Shown piece after piece: positions 8,848 to 20,000 of a stretch of 36,778 bases of DNA. A model generated the notes under the pieces. That model made no database searches and was not told the origin of the DNA. It saw only the letters and a list, made by a program, of their open reading frames with translations. The stretch's first letter is position 1. Each line of letters begins with the position of its first letter. The translations under genes were made by a program, and so were the position numbers. This DNA comes from a virus (taxonomy: Duplodnaviria > Caudoviricetes): IMG/VR virus record IMGVR_UViG_3300021066_000083, positions 1 to 36,778 of that record, one strand, 5' to 3'.

Positions 8848-11088
8848 ATGGCCAAGATTCCGACCGCGGAAGCGCTCGACCAGCCCAACGTCTCGGCGGT
8901 GCCGGTGACGACGCGCGTCCCGAGCTACGACGACAGCGCCTTTACCGCCAGCAATCGCGTCGATGCGCAGAATGCCAAGGCGCTCGGCAACCTCGGCGAT
9001 GGCGTCGAGGACTTCGGCCTCGCCCTGCAGAAGCGGCAGGACGAGGAAGACGAGTATGAGATGCAGAAGCGCTTTGTCGATTTCGACGTGCAACAGGAAA
9101 AGCGTCTGATCGACATGCAGAACAACCCCGGCAAGGAAGCCAAGGGGTTCACCTCATCGTTTGTCGACGGTTACAACCGCGACGGCCGCGAGTTCTTTAA
9201 GTCGGTGCCGTCGCGCCTCAAGGCCAAGTACGACGAGGCGCTGGTGCGCCGCCGTGGCGGCTATGAAAGCCGCGCCTATCGCTACGAGATCGGCGAGCGC
9301 GACCGTCAGCATCGCGAGGACCTCGACACCAAGCTGCTCGATCTCAGGAACGTCACTGCCGTCAACCCCGATGCCTACCGGGAGAACGTGGCGCGCGGGG
9401 TTTCGATCATCTCCGCATCGCGCCTGCCCCCGGCCGACAAGGACAAGGCGATGAAATCCTTTGCGCAGGGCGTCGAGGAGGACGCCGTGCGTGCCCGCAT
9501 CGACCGCGGCGACGACATTTCGCAGATCATCAGGGACCTGAAGGCGCGTCCCGGCACGGTGGCGCCGGAGAAGGCCGAGGTCGAGGGCCTGCTGGTGCCG
9601 GGCAACATCGATTTGGCCGCCCGCAAGATCGTGCACAACCCCGACGGCAGTATTTCGACCCTGAAGTCGATGAGCTTTAAGGACGGCAAAACGGAAGTTC
9701 TGATTCCGACCCTCGATCCGCAGGGCCAGCCGCTCAGCGACGAACAAGCCATCGCCCTCTACAAGGCGACCGGCCAGCATCTGGGGCAGTTCAAGGACGC
9801 CGACACGGCGACGCGCTTTGCCAAGCAGCTCTCCGAGGACATGGAGGCAGCGGCGCTCGGCGAGCCAAGCGAGGCCGACAAGGTCGTCTACCGGCACCTG
9901 AAGCCCGACCAGCGACTGAGGCTGATCAACGTGGCGCGCGTCGCCGGGCGCGGCGAAGCCGTGTCGCGCATTGAAGACGACATTGAGAAAATCCGCGACG
10001 GTATTGATGTGGACATCGTCGACGGCAAGACGAGCCTGGAGCGCGGCGGCGAGTTCCTCACCGACATGCAGCGCGAGCGCTACAGCCGCCGCTGGAACGC
10101 CGCCATCATCGAGAACGCCGCCAAGGCGCCGCTCGCCAACATGAGCAACGACGAGGGCGACGAGCACCTCGGCAACATTCTCGACAAGGCCGAGCAGAGC
10201 AGCGAGGAGGGCTATAAGCTCACCCAGGACGCGCTGCGCGCCGCCAATCCTTACTGGGAGAAGATCAAAAAGCTACGCGACGACGACCCGGCGCGCGCCG
10301 TGTTCGGCTCGCCCGAGGTGCAGGCAGCGGTGCAGACGGCCAAGGCCAAGCGTCTTGCCCCCAACATGAGCGGCGGCGGCGTCGGCACGGCGATCGACGC
10401 CGGCTGGGCGGTGCCGCCGCAGCAGGCGCAGGAGCTGGTGATCGCGGCGCGGCTTGCCGCCCAGAAGCGGCTCGGCATCCGGCTGATGGCGATCACCAAG
10501 CGGGAAGCCGTCGCCCTGATGAACATGCCGCCCGACGACGGCAAGATGACCGATCGTGAATTTGCCGATCACCTGAAGGCCGCCGAGCAACGCGCCCTGG
10601 AAATCTATGGCCCGAAGTACGCAGGCCTCGCCTTCGAGGCCGGCGTCTCGACCCTCGCCAAGCAAGATCGGCGTGACACGGGCTATGGAATCGCTCGAAA
10701 GATCATCGCCGGGGAGCCGATCGGCGAGTTTGACCTCACCCAGCTGCGCGCCATGGCGCGTGTCTCGGGCGGGGACAGGCTGTTCTATCCGGTAGAGGCC
10801 CCTGAGATCGCCCGGGGAGGGATGCGCGATCTCCCCGAGATGCCGGCGCTGCCCGCACCCGGCTTCAACGACGCCAAGCGCGGGGCATCGCCGCCCGGAT
10901 TCAGCCCGGCAACGGCTTACCCGGAACCGACGCCGGAGGACATCGAGCGGTTGCGTCAGAAGCCGTCACGTTACCAGGAGTTCGAGCGCACCTACGGCCC
11001 CGGCGCGGCGGCTCGCGCTCTCAGCACCAAGCCGGCGTCAACGCAGTCCGCGTCCCAGTCGAAATCCAAGTCTGCGAAGGACCGTTGA
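8848..11088 (+). CDS. Internal virion (ejection) protein, T7 gp15-like, 746 aa
   Basis: MAKIPT start, mostly helical, inserted GNIDL...HLGQF domain at ~9590-9840; synteny between the gp14-like and giant genes. Confidence 0.72.
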   Translation: MAKIPTAEALDQPNVSAVPVTTRVPSYDDSAFTASNRVDAQNAKALGNLGDGVEDFGLALQKRQDEEDEYEMQKRFVDFDVQQEKRLIDMQNNPGKEAKGFTSSFVDGYNRDGREFFKSVPSRLKAKYDEALVRRRGGYESRAYRYEIGERDRQHREDLDTKLLDLRNVTAVNPDAYRENVARGVSIISASRLPPADKDKAMKSFAQGVEEDAVRARIDRGDDISQIIRDLKARPGTVAPEKAEVEGLLVPGNIDLAARKIVHNPDGSISTLKSMSFKDGKTEVLIPTLDPQGQPLSDEQAIALYKATGQHLGQFKDADTATRFAKQLSEDMEAAALGEPSEADKVVYRHLKPDQRLRLINVARVAGRGEAVSRIEDDIEKIRDGIDVDIVDGKTSLERGGEFLTDMQRERYSRRWNAAIIENAAKAPLANMSNDEGDEHLGNILDKAEQSSEEGYKLTQDALRAANPYWEKIKKLRDDDPARAVFGSPEVQAAVQTAKAKRLAPNMSGGGVGTAIDAGWAVPPQQAQELVIAARLAAQKRLGIRLMAITKREAVALMNMPPDDGKMTDREFADHLKAAEQRALEIYGPKYAGLAFEAGVSTLAKQDRRDTGYGIARKIIAGEPIGEFDLTQLRAMARVSGGDRLFYPVEAPEIARGGMRDLPEMPALPAPGFNDAKRGASPPGFSPATAYPEPTPEDIERLRQKPSRYQEFERTYGPGAAARALSTKPASTQSASQSKSKSAKDR

Positions 11089-14000
11089 TGGCCGAGAACG
11101 ACGATCTCGACATCCCGTTTGGCCAGCACCTTGACCAGCCGGAGGGCTCGCGCGAGCTGGTCCCGGTTGTCAAGCCGACGCTGCGCGAAACGCAATCGCC
11201 GGTCGAGATCGACCCCGATCCGAATATCGGCGGCCTGCAGATCGAGCGCCGCGTCAATAAACGTCGCGAGCAGGATGACGCCACCGACCGCTCATTCCTC
11301 GATACCTTCGGCCGCTGGGGCTACCTGGAGCCGGAGGAAAAGGACCAGTGGGCGGCTGATACCGAGGCGTATGCCAAGGAGGCGCAGGGCTACTGGGGGT
11401 CGATCAGCTCGATCGCCAAGCGCACCAAGGCGGCAACCGGCTACGACCGGGTTTCCGGCCCGCTGCCCGGGATCGGCGGTGCCGGGCTCGGCCTGCTCGA
11501 TTTTGCCGAGCGCAAGGGCGCCGAAATGCAGGCGTTCTACCAGCGGCGCGAGTTGCTGGCCAAGGCGGTGGCCGAGGGTCGCGCGGCGCTGCCCAAGTAT
11601 TCGCTGGCCCGCAACATTGTCGAGGAGACGCTGAAGGCCGGCGGCGACACGGCCGGCTCCGCCATCAAGGGCTGGGGACGTGGCGCCGGCTATGCGGCCG
11701 ATGCCAGCTATGGGATGACCAGCGAGGAGGAGCGCCGCCAGCAGCGGGCCCGCATGTCGTTCGCCGGCGGCATGATTGCCCCGGAAAAGGCGCCGACCTA
11801 CGCGCAGGAGATCGTCAAGGCCGCCGGCTACGCCTTCGAGCGCGATACCGGCTCGGCGGAAAAGGCGGCCGAGTTCGTGCACCGCCTGTCGGGCAAGACG
11901 CTGGAGCACTTCGGCGGTTTCATTTCCGAGAAGGCGAAAGAGCTGTTCCCCGGCGACGAGGCGCGGCAGGAGGAGTTCGCCACCAAGTTCGCCGCCGGCA
12001 CCGGCTCGATGATCACCTTCTGGGGCACCGGGCTCACCGCGTACTTTCTGACGCGCGCCGGGCCGAAGACGCTGATCCGCACCGCCGACGAGACGGGCGG
12101 CAAGTGGGCGTCCGAGTTCGCCCCCGAGTACATGAGCAAGGAGCTGGCGCAGAAGACGGCCAAGAATCAGGCAGCCGCCGTCTCTGGCGCCACCGGCGCC
12201 ATGATGCAGGGCGAAAGCGCCGCGCAGGAGGCCGAGTTCTACCGCGACGAGCTGGGGCGGTCGGTGTCGCAGCGCGACATCATGATGACCTACCTCTTGA
12301 ACCTGCCGGGCGGCGCCTCGGAAGCCTTGCCCATCGCCAAGCTGTTCGCCAATCCGACCGGCTCGGCGATCAAGAACGTGATCGAGCAGGCGATCGAGGA
12401 GGGCGGGCAGGAGTTCGGCCAGCAGGTCCTGCAGAACCTCATCGCCCAGCAGTATTACGATCCCTCGCGCACCTGGGATGACGGAGCCTGGGAAGGCGCC
12501 GCCATCGGCCTGATGCTCGGCGCCGGCATGGAAAGCGCCCGCGCCGCCTACGAAAAGGGCAAGGTGCAGCTCGGCACGCGCGAGCCGGCAACCACGGGCG
12601 CCGACGGGGAGACCGTCGAGGGCGCGCCGGAGACCGAGAAGGCTCCCAAGCCGGGCGAGACCCTCGACGGCACTGAACAACCTTCGTCTGACGCCGGTGG
12701 GGCAGCAAAGCCCGTCCGCGAGGCCAAGCTCGGCCGCAAGGGCGTCGTCACCGACGTCGAGCCGATCCCGGCCGGTCCCGAGGAGGACCAGCCGGTCGCC
12801 GCCATGACCCAGGGGGCGCCGCAGGGCGAGGACCTCGCCACCGACGCCGCCGACGCCGATCTCAACGAGGATTTTGCCAACCTGATGGGCGGGGCGGTCT
12901 CGGTCGAGGAGATTCGTGCATTCGGTGACGGAGGTGACGCAGTTTCGGTAACTGGCGTACCTGCTGACCAGGGGGGTGTAGAACCGAGCGAGAACCTCAC
13001 TGAAAACACTGGGCAAATAGCAGGTGTGGGCGCGGAACAGGGCGAGAACTCGCCCGAACTTGACGGACTCCGGGCCGAACTTGACGGCATGAAGCGCAAG
13101 GCGCAGCTGATCGCCCGTGCCGAGGCGGCCGGCATCGAGCTGCCCGACGAGGTGACCGATCAGCCGATCGAGACGCTACGCGGCTCGATCCTCAATGCGC
13201 TGGCCAACAAGGACACGGCCCGTAGACAAGTGCTCGCCGGCCGCTCGCCGATCGAGGACGTCTCCGAGGTGGTGACCCCCGACGGGTCGATGAAGCTCAA
13301 GGTGAAGACGGAGCTGGTCGAGCTGTCCGACCTGACGGCCCTCAAAAAGCAGTCGGACCTGCAGCCGCGCGACCGGACCACCAAGGAATCGGAAGCGCAG
13401 GTCAAGAACCGCGCCGCCAACATGGACGTGGCTCGCCTGATGCCGCGCCGCGTCTCCTCCGGCGGGGCCCCGATCGTCATGGCCGACGGCACGGTGCTTT
13501 CCGGCAACGGCCGGGTCCTGTCGCTGAATGAGGTCTACAACAATCCCGAGCTGAAGGCGAAGGCCGATGAGTATCGCGCCGCGCTGCCGCCGGAGGCCGC
13601 GGGCATGCGCGCCCCGGTGCTCATCACCCGCATTGTCGACGAGCCGGATCGCAAGCAGCTGGCCCGCTTCGCCGACCTCTCCAATCGTCCCGGCATGGGG
13701 CAGCTCTCGGCTTCCGAGAAGGGCCTGCGCGACGCCAAGATGGCGGGCGAGGCGATCATGGGCCTCTACCAGGGCGGCTCGTTCACCGCCCCGCAGAACC
13801 GCGACTTCTACCGCGCCTTCCTCGACAACGTCATCGTCGCTTCCGAACGTGGTTCTGTTTCACGTGAAGGGATGCTGACCAAGGAGGGCGAGGACCGCAT
13901 GTCGGCGGCGGTGCTCGCTGCCGCCTACGGCGACCCGCAGCTCCTGGTGCGCATGCTGGAATCGACCGATGATTCGATCCGCTCGGTGACCGGGGCGATG

Positions 14001-17000
14001 CGCGATGCCGCCGGCGCCGTGCTGCGTTTGAAGGCCGCCATCGCTTCCGGCGAGGCTTCCCCGCAGTTCGACATCACCCCGCAGATCGTCGAGGTGGCCA
14101 AGCGCATCGGCGATCTACGCGAGCGCGGCATCAAGCCGGCGGCGTTCCTCGCCCAGCTCGACGCCTTCACGCAGCTCGATCCGATCGTCGAGACCTTGCT
14201 GCGCGCCTTCTACAATGACAACCTCGCCCGCACCTTGTCGCGCGAGAAGTTGACGGAGGTCATCACCCGCTATGCCGACGAAGCCGCCAAGCACGCGGAA
14301 GGCGGGCTCATCCCCGACGAGACCCGCCCGCAAGACATCATCGTCCAGGCCCGCGAGAAAGCCCTCGTTGCCGAAAGGCTTGCCGCCCTCCAAGGCGACA
14401 TCTTCGAAAGCCGCGCAGGCGCTGCTGGCCGGGATACTGCAGGGGACGGGGGCGCGGCGGCAGGACAAGGCACTGCAGCTGGCGGGGCTCGACCTGGAAC
14501 AGAAATCGACGATGCCCTCAAAGGCGCCTTCGTCCAAATCCTCGCCGGAAAAGCCCCACGTGCGGACTGGGCGGCTCAACTCGGGGTCGACGAAAAAACG
14601 CTAGGCGCCCTGGAGAAGTGGGCGATCAGCGGCGGGCTTCTGCGCCAAGCCGCCAACGGACAGGTGCGCCGCACCGGCGCCGCCAAGCTGCAGGCGGCAA
14701 AGCCACAGGCGCAGCAGGACGTCGAGCAGGCGAACGACCAGCTGGCGGAGCGCGAGCGGGCCGCGCGCGCCTTCATGCAAACGCCGGAATGGCTCGGAGC
14801 GGCGGCCGAGGTCGGCGTCGACACGACCCAGCAGCCCGGCTACCTCACCGACGAATGGAAGGCCAATCGCCAGTACATGGCGGCCGACGGCTCGATCATC
14901 CGCGGCTACGAGGCGGTCATCGCTCATCAGTACGCCAAGGCCAAGTCCGAGGTGAAGGGCGGGCCGCGCTATGAGAAGAAAGCCTATATCGTCATCGGCC
15001 TGCCGGCCGCCGGCAAGTCGGGATTGTCGGAGCGCATCCGCGACATTCAGGGTGCGGTGATCGTCGACGGCGACGACTTCAAGCCGATGATCCCCGAGTA
15101 CGGCGGCGGCTGGAATTCTTCCGGCGTGCACGAGGAAGCCTCGAAGCTCTCCAAGGAGTTGCTCGCCGAGGCCTCGCTCGACGGCATCAACCTCATCGTT
15201 CCCAAGCTCGGCTCCTCGGACGCCTCGATCTCGCGCCCGGCCCAGGTGCTGCGCGATCACGGCTACACCGTGCACCTCATCTATGTCGACGTGCCGAAGG
15301 CCGTGGCCATGGAGCGCGCCATCAAGCGCTGGCGCTCGACTGGACGCACGGTGCCGCTGAGCATATATGACGAGCTACGCGCAGGAGAAGTCTATGGCTC
15401 CCTCAAAACCAACGGCGCGGTCGACGAAGCCGCCGTCATCCAATGGGTCGAGCCCAGTGGCTGGGCCGTCACCGATCACACCCAAAACCTCGCCGGACTC
15501 CGGGGAGCCATTTCCGGTGACAGCGCAGTGGGGCAGCCCCCTGTGGGCGGACCAAGTGTCGACGCGCGACCAGCTGGAAGGGCTGCACGAGGCGCTGGAG
15601 CGGCGCAAGAAGCTGCGCGAGCGCCAGAGCCCGTCAACCCCCGAGGAAACGGAGGCGTAAGCCTCGCCGTCTCCCCGGGCGAGCGCATCGAACGCGCCGC
15701 CCGCGGCCGCCGTATTGCCCCGGCGCTCATCGACTACGCGACGCGCCTCGACGCCGCGCTGGGCACGCCTGAGTTCGGCCCCATCCTGGCCGAGCTGAAA
15801 GCCGACAAGACTGTTAAGAAAGATGACGCGGTCGACGTCGCCGGGCTCATCCTCGGTACGACGCTGCCCCGCTCGACCACCAAGAAAGCGGCCTTCCAGT
15901 CGATCGAACGCCGCAACTGGAGCCACGTGCGCACGGCGCAGCGGCTGCCGCACATCGGCGACGTCTTCTCCGCCGTCCTGGAGCTGCCGGCCGGCGTGTG
16001 GGCGATCAAGTCGAGGTCCAACGAGTTCGCCCGCAACTTTGATGGCTCGGTGATCGCCTTCGCCACCAAGGCCGAGGCCGAGGCCTACAACAACCGGCGC
16101 GGGTCGCAGCTCGACGACGCCCACGAAATGATCGAGTCGCTGTTCGACGACATGACCATGTACTCGGCGGTGCTGGGCGCTCCGCGGCGCCGCTACTACC
16201 ACGGCTCCAAGGCGGCCGGCGTCACCCAGCTCGATGCCGCGCGCGCCGGCTCCAACACGCCCTCGCCCAATACGGTGCTTGGCGCCTTCCTCACCTCCGA
16301 CAAGGGCTTTGCCACGGCCTACGGCCCGAACGTGACGCCGTTCGACGTCGACCTTGCCAATCCGCTCACCATCACCGCCCCGAAGGGCTATCCGCCCGAT
16401 CCGACGGCGGCGATCGACGACGTCGTCGCGCGCGCGCTGGGCAAGCCGATCAACAAGCTGACGCGCGAAGACTTCGCCAGCTGGCGCGACGGTCTCATCA
16501 CCAAGGGCCACGACGGCATCTTAGTCGAGAACCCGCACAAGGGCATCGACAATGTCGTCGTGTTCGACGCGAAGAAGGCTAAGCCGGCAACGCCGACGCT
16601 GGCATCGATGGTGGGCGAGCAGGCTGCCGCCTATCCGCCCGGCGTCCAGACCTTTGGGCCGCCTCCGTTCGACCCGGGCGAGCTTCAAAAGGTCGCCGGC
16701 AGCAAGAACGGAGTCAGCCTGTTGCGCGGCACCAAGAGCTACTACTTCCCCCACGAGCGGTTCTACTGGATGATGCTCGAAGGGCAGGCGGAGCCCGTCG
16801 GCTACATCGGCATGAACCGCGAGGGCCGCGACGACGGCGACGCCCAGGAGAACAAGCCCTACGCGCAGCGCCAGGGCGGGCGGTGGATGGTCGACGCCGT
16901 CGAGGTCAACAAGGATTTCCGCGGCAAGGGGCTGGCGCAGAGCGCTTATGACCTCGTCGAGAAGGACCTCGGCATCAAGCTAGCCCCGTCCGACGCGCTC

Positions 17001-20000
17001 AGCGACGACGGCTATAAGCTATGGAAAAAGCGCGATCCGGCGGCGATTGCCGGCTATCAGAAGCTCTCCGGCATGTGGGTTCCCGCTACGACGTTTGCGG
17101 AGCGCGTTGCTGCCGGCAAGACGATCCGCGCCTTCCACGGCATGTCGGGCGCACTGGAGGGCGGGCGCTTCGACGTCGACCGCGCCGGGCAGAACTTCGG
17201 CGATGACGCCGGCATCTTCTTCACCACCGACCCGCGCGAGGCCGGCACCTGGGGGGAAAGCGCCGATTTCATCCCCGAGCGCGGCGCGGCGGTTGTTCCG
17301 GCCGACGTCACCTTCCACAATCCGTTGCGCGTCTCGGCGGCCGGGCACGCCAACGGCCCCGCCGACTACTGGTGGAACCACAAGAGCTATTTGCTGCCGC
17401 AGGCGCACAAGGGCGGCCACGACGGCGTCATCGTCACCGGCAACCCGGGCACAGGCGCCATGCTGGTGGCGCTCTCCCCCAACACCGTGCGCTCGCCGCT
17501 GGTGCCGGACCTCACCTTGTTCTCGATGATGGGGCCCTCGCCGGCCGAGCTGGCGGGGACAAGCCCCCTTGCAAATCCGCGTTCCGATACCGATCCTGAG
17601 CTGGTCGCACTCCTGAAGGAGGCCCTGGGCGATGACTTTATTGCCGCACGAGAAGACGACGGCGGCGCTGGCGCTGCTGGCGAAGATCGAGCAGCTGCCG
17701 AAGGGCGATCCGCTGCGCCGGCAGATGCTGGTCAAGGCGGCCAGCTTGATGGGTCCGCCGCCTCCAAAAAGCGCCCCGTCCCCGAGCGGGTCCGCTTCCG
17801 CGCCTTCGACAAAGTCCTCGGCGGCAAGTACGCGCCGGAAAAAGTAAAGGCGCGCGCCAAGGCGCAGGGCTTCACCGTCGAGGGCTGGCACGGCACCCGG
17901 GCGCCGCAGATCGACGTGCCGCGCGTCGCCCCCACCTATGAGCAGGGCGATAGCAGCGACTTCGGTTTCCACGTCGCCATCGGCCGCCCCAACGCGGCCA
18001 ATCGGATTGTCGGCGTCAAGCCCGGGCTGTTCAGCAAATTCTTGAGCGCCCTGCAAGGCGACTCGGCGACCGCGAACGAGCAGCTTTACGGCGGCATGGG
18101 ACCGGCCAACATCCTGCCGGTGCGCCTCAACGCCCACAAGCCTTATCGCATGGTAGACATCGGCCGCTGGGATACGGCTTTCCAGTGGGAAGCGGCGTTG
18201 GGCGACGCCCGCTTCGCCAACACCAAGCTCGGCAAGCAGCCGGGCACCAAGAAGATTTTTGCCGTCGTGCTGGAACACGTCGAGCGCTACAACAAGCGGG
18301 TCGGCCGCAATACGGCATCGTTCGATGGCGAGGATTTTGTTGCGGTCAACGAAAACGGCGCATGGGTCAAAAAGCCGAAGACTAAAGCTCAGCAGCAGGT
18401 ATCCGTCTCCGATCTAAACCGCGAGTTCCAGCGCGACCTCGTGGCCGCGCTGGAGGCCGAGGGCTACGACTCGGTGATCTACGCCAACGACATCGAGGAC
18501 GCCGGCAAGGACAGTATGTTCGTGTGGGATGCCGCGCGCGTGCGCTCCGCCTACGATATGTTCGATGAGCGCGCCATCGGCAAGCCGGGCACGCTCGCCT
18601 CCAAGGAATTTGTCGACCAGGACATCCGCGACGCCTTGAACGCCATCGCCCTGGAGGAAGGGCTCTCGGGCGAGACGCTGTTCTCGTTTATCGGCGACCA
18701 GGGCGCCAAGGCGCTGGCGCTGGCCGATCGTCCGGCGGCGCAGGAAGCCATTGCGCTGGCCGAACAGCTGGAGGCCGACGGCGCCGATCGGGACGGCATC
18801 TGGGATGCCACGGTCGAGCTGCTCGCTGCCAAGGACCCGGAGCTGATCGGCGCCTTCCGCGGCGCCGACGGGATGTGGCGGGTCGAGGCAGCGGATACCG
18901 GCTTCGGACTGACGCCCCGGGCTGTCGGCATGATGAACGACCAGTGGGACGTCAAGAGCCTAGGCAGGTTCAATAAGACATTCGGTTACATGCCGGCGCC
19001 GCTCGGCAATTTCATCAGCCACCCGACCGTCTTCGCCGCCTATCCGAAGCTGGCGGCGCGCACCGCCTATCTCGGAACTGTCGACCCGGAGTCCCCGACT
19101 GACGGCGGGGGCGCGCAAGAGGTTGGCGCCGACATTGAAAAGTACGACTACGGCATCGAATTGCTGGCCCGCAGCGTGGCGCAGCTCAATTCGTTCAACG
19201 CCCACGAAATACAGCACCTCATCCAGTTCATTGAGGGCTTTGCCTCCGGTGGTAACACGCGCACGGCGCCGGCGGCCTTCCAGCGGCAGATCACCGACGT
19301 CATGCTCGGCGGCGAGGCGACCGACCCGCGCTTCCCGCATGACCTCATCGACTTCAATGATCTGCTCGCCTCGTTGCGCGAACTCAAGGCCGATGGCGTC
19401 GACGTGCGTCAGCACCCATTCGCCAAAGGGGCGAGCACCATCCTCTTTCAACTCTATCAGCGCCTTGCTGGCGAGGTCGAGGCCCGCAACGTTCAGGCGC
19501 GCCTCGCCATGACAGTCGAGGAGCGCCGCGCCGTGCCGCCGTGGCATACCGAGGACACGCCGCAGGCGCAGCAGATACCGATCACTCAGGATGAGCGTCT
19601 CGGCCATGCCGCCCGCCAGATCGCCGGCGTCTCCTCGTGGGACAGCGAGGCGATGCAGGAAGCCGCCGCCAAGCTGCGCTGGTTCACCCTCGGCAAGGCG
19701 GTGACCGCGTGGTTCACCCTGGGGCTGCCGCCGCGTGAGGCCACTGTTTCCAATGTGGAAAACGTGGTTGACCGCGCCGTCGAGCCGCAGTTTACCGACC
19801 CGGCTCCCGCCAACGATACAGCTCCGGCGCTTAACGACAACGACCGCGTGCTCTTGCGCCTCCTGCCGGCGCTGGAATCCGACCCGCTGCGCATCGCTCC
19901 GGTCTCGCAGGAGCTGGCGCGGCAGCTGGAGGCGGAGATCAAGAAGGCGCTGCCGCCGGAGATCGGCGTGCGCGTCGTCGACCGGCTGCGCATCGCCGGG

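Noticed and set aside
12660-12810. Short A/T-ending codon patch whose +1 frame reads ALNNLRLTPVGQQ
   Set aside because: No ATG or SD between the preceding +1 stop (12511) and the patch; cannot be supported as a gene.
17047-17529. +1-frame ORF with TTG start after a CTATAA hexamer
   Set aside because: No matching -35 or SD; the product overlaps the whole ART-2 domain and is shadow-like.
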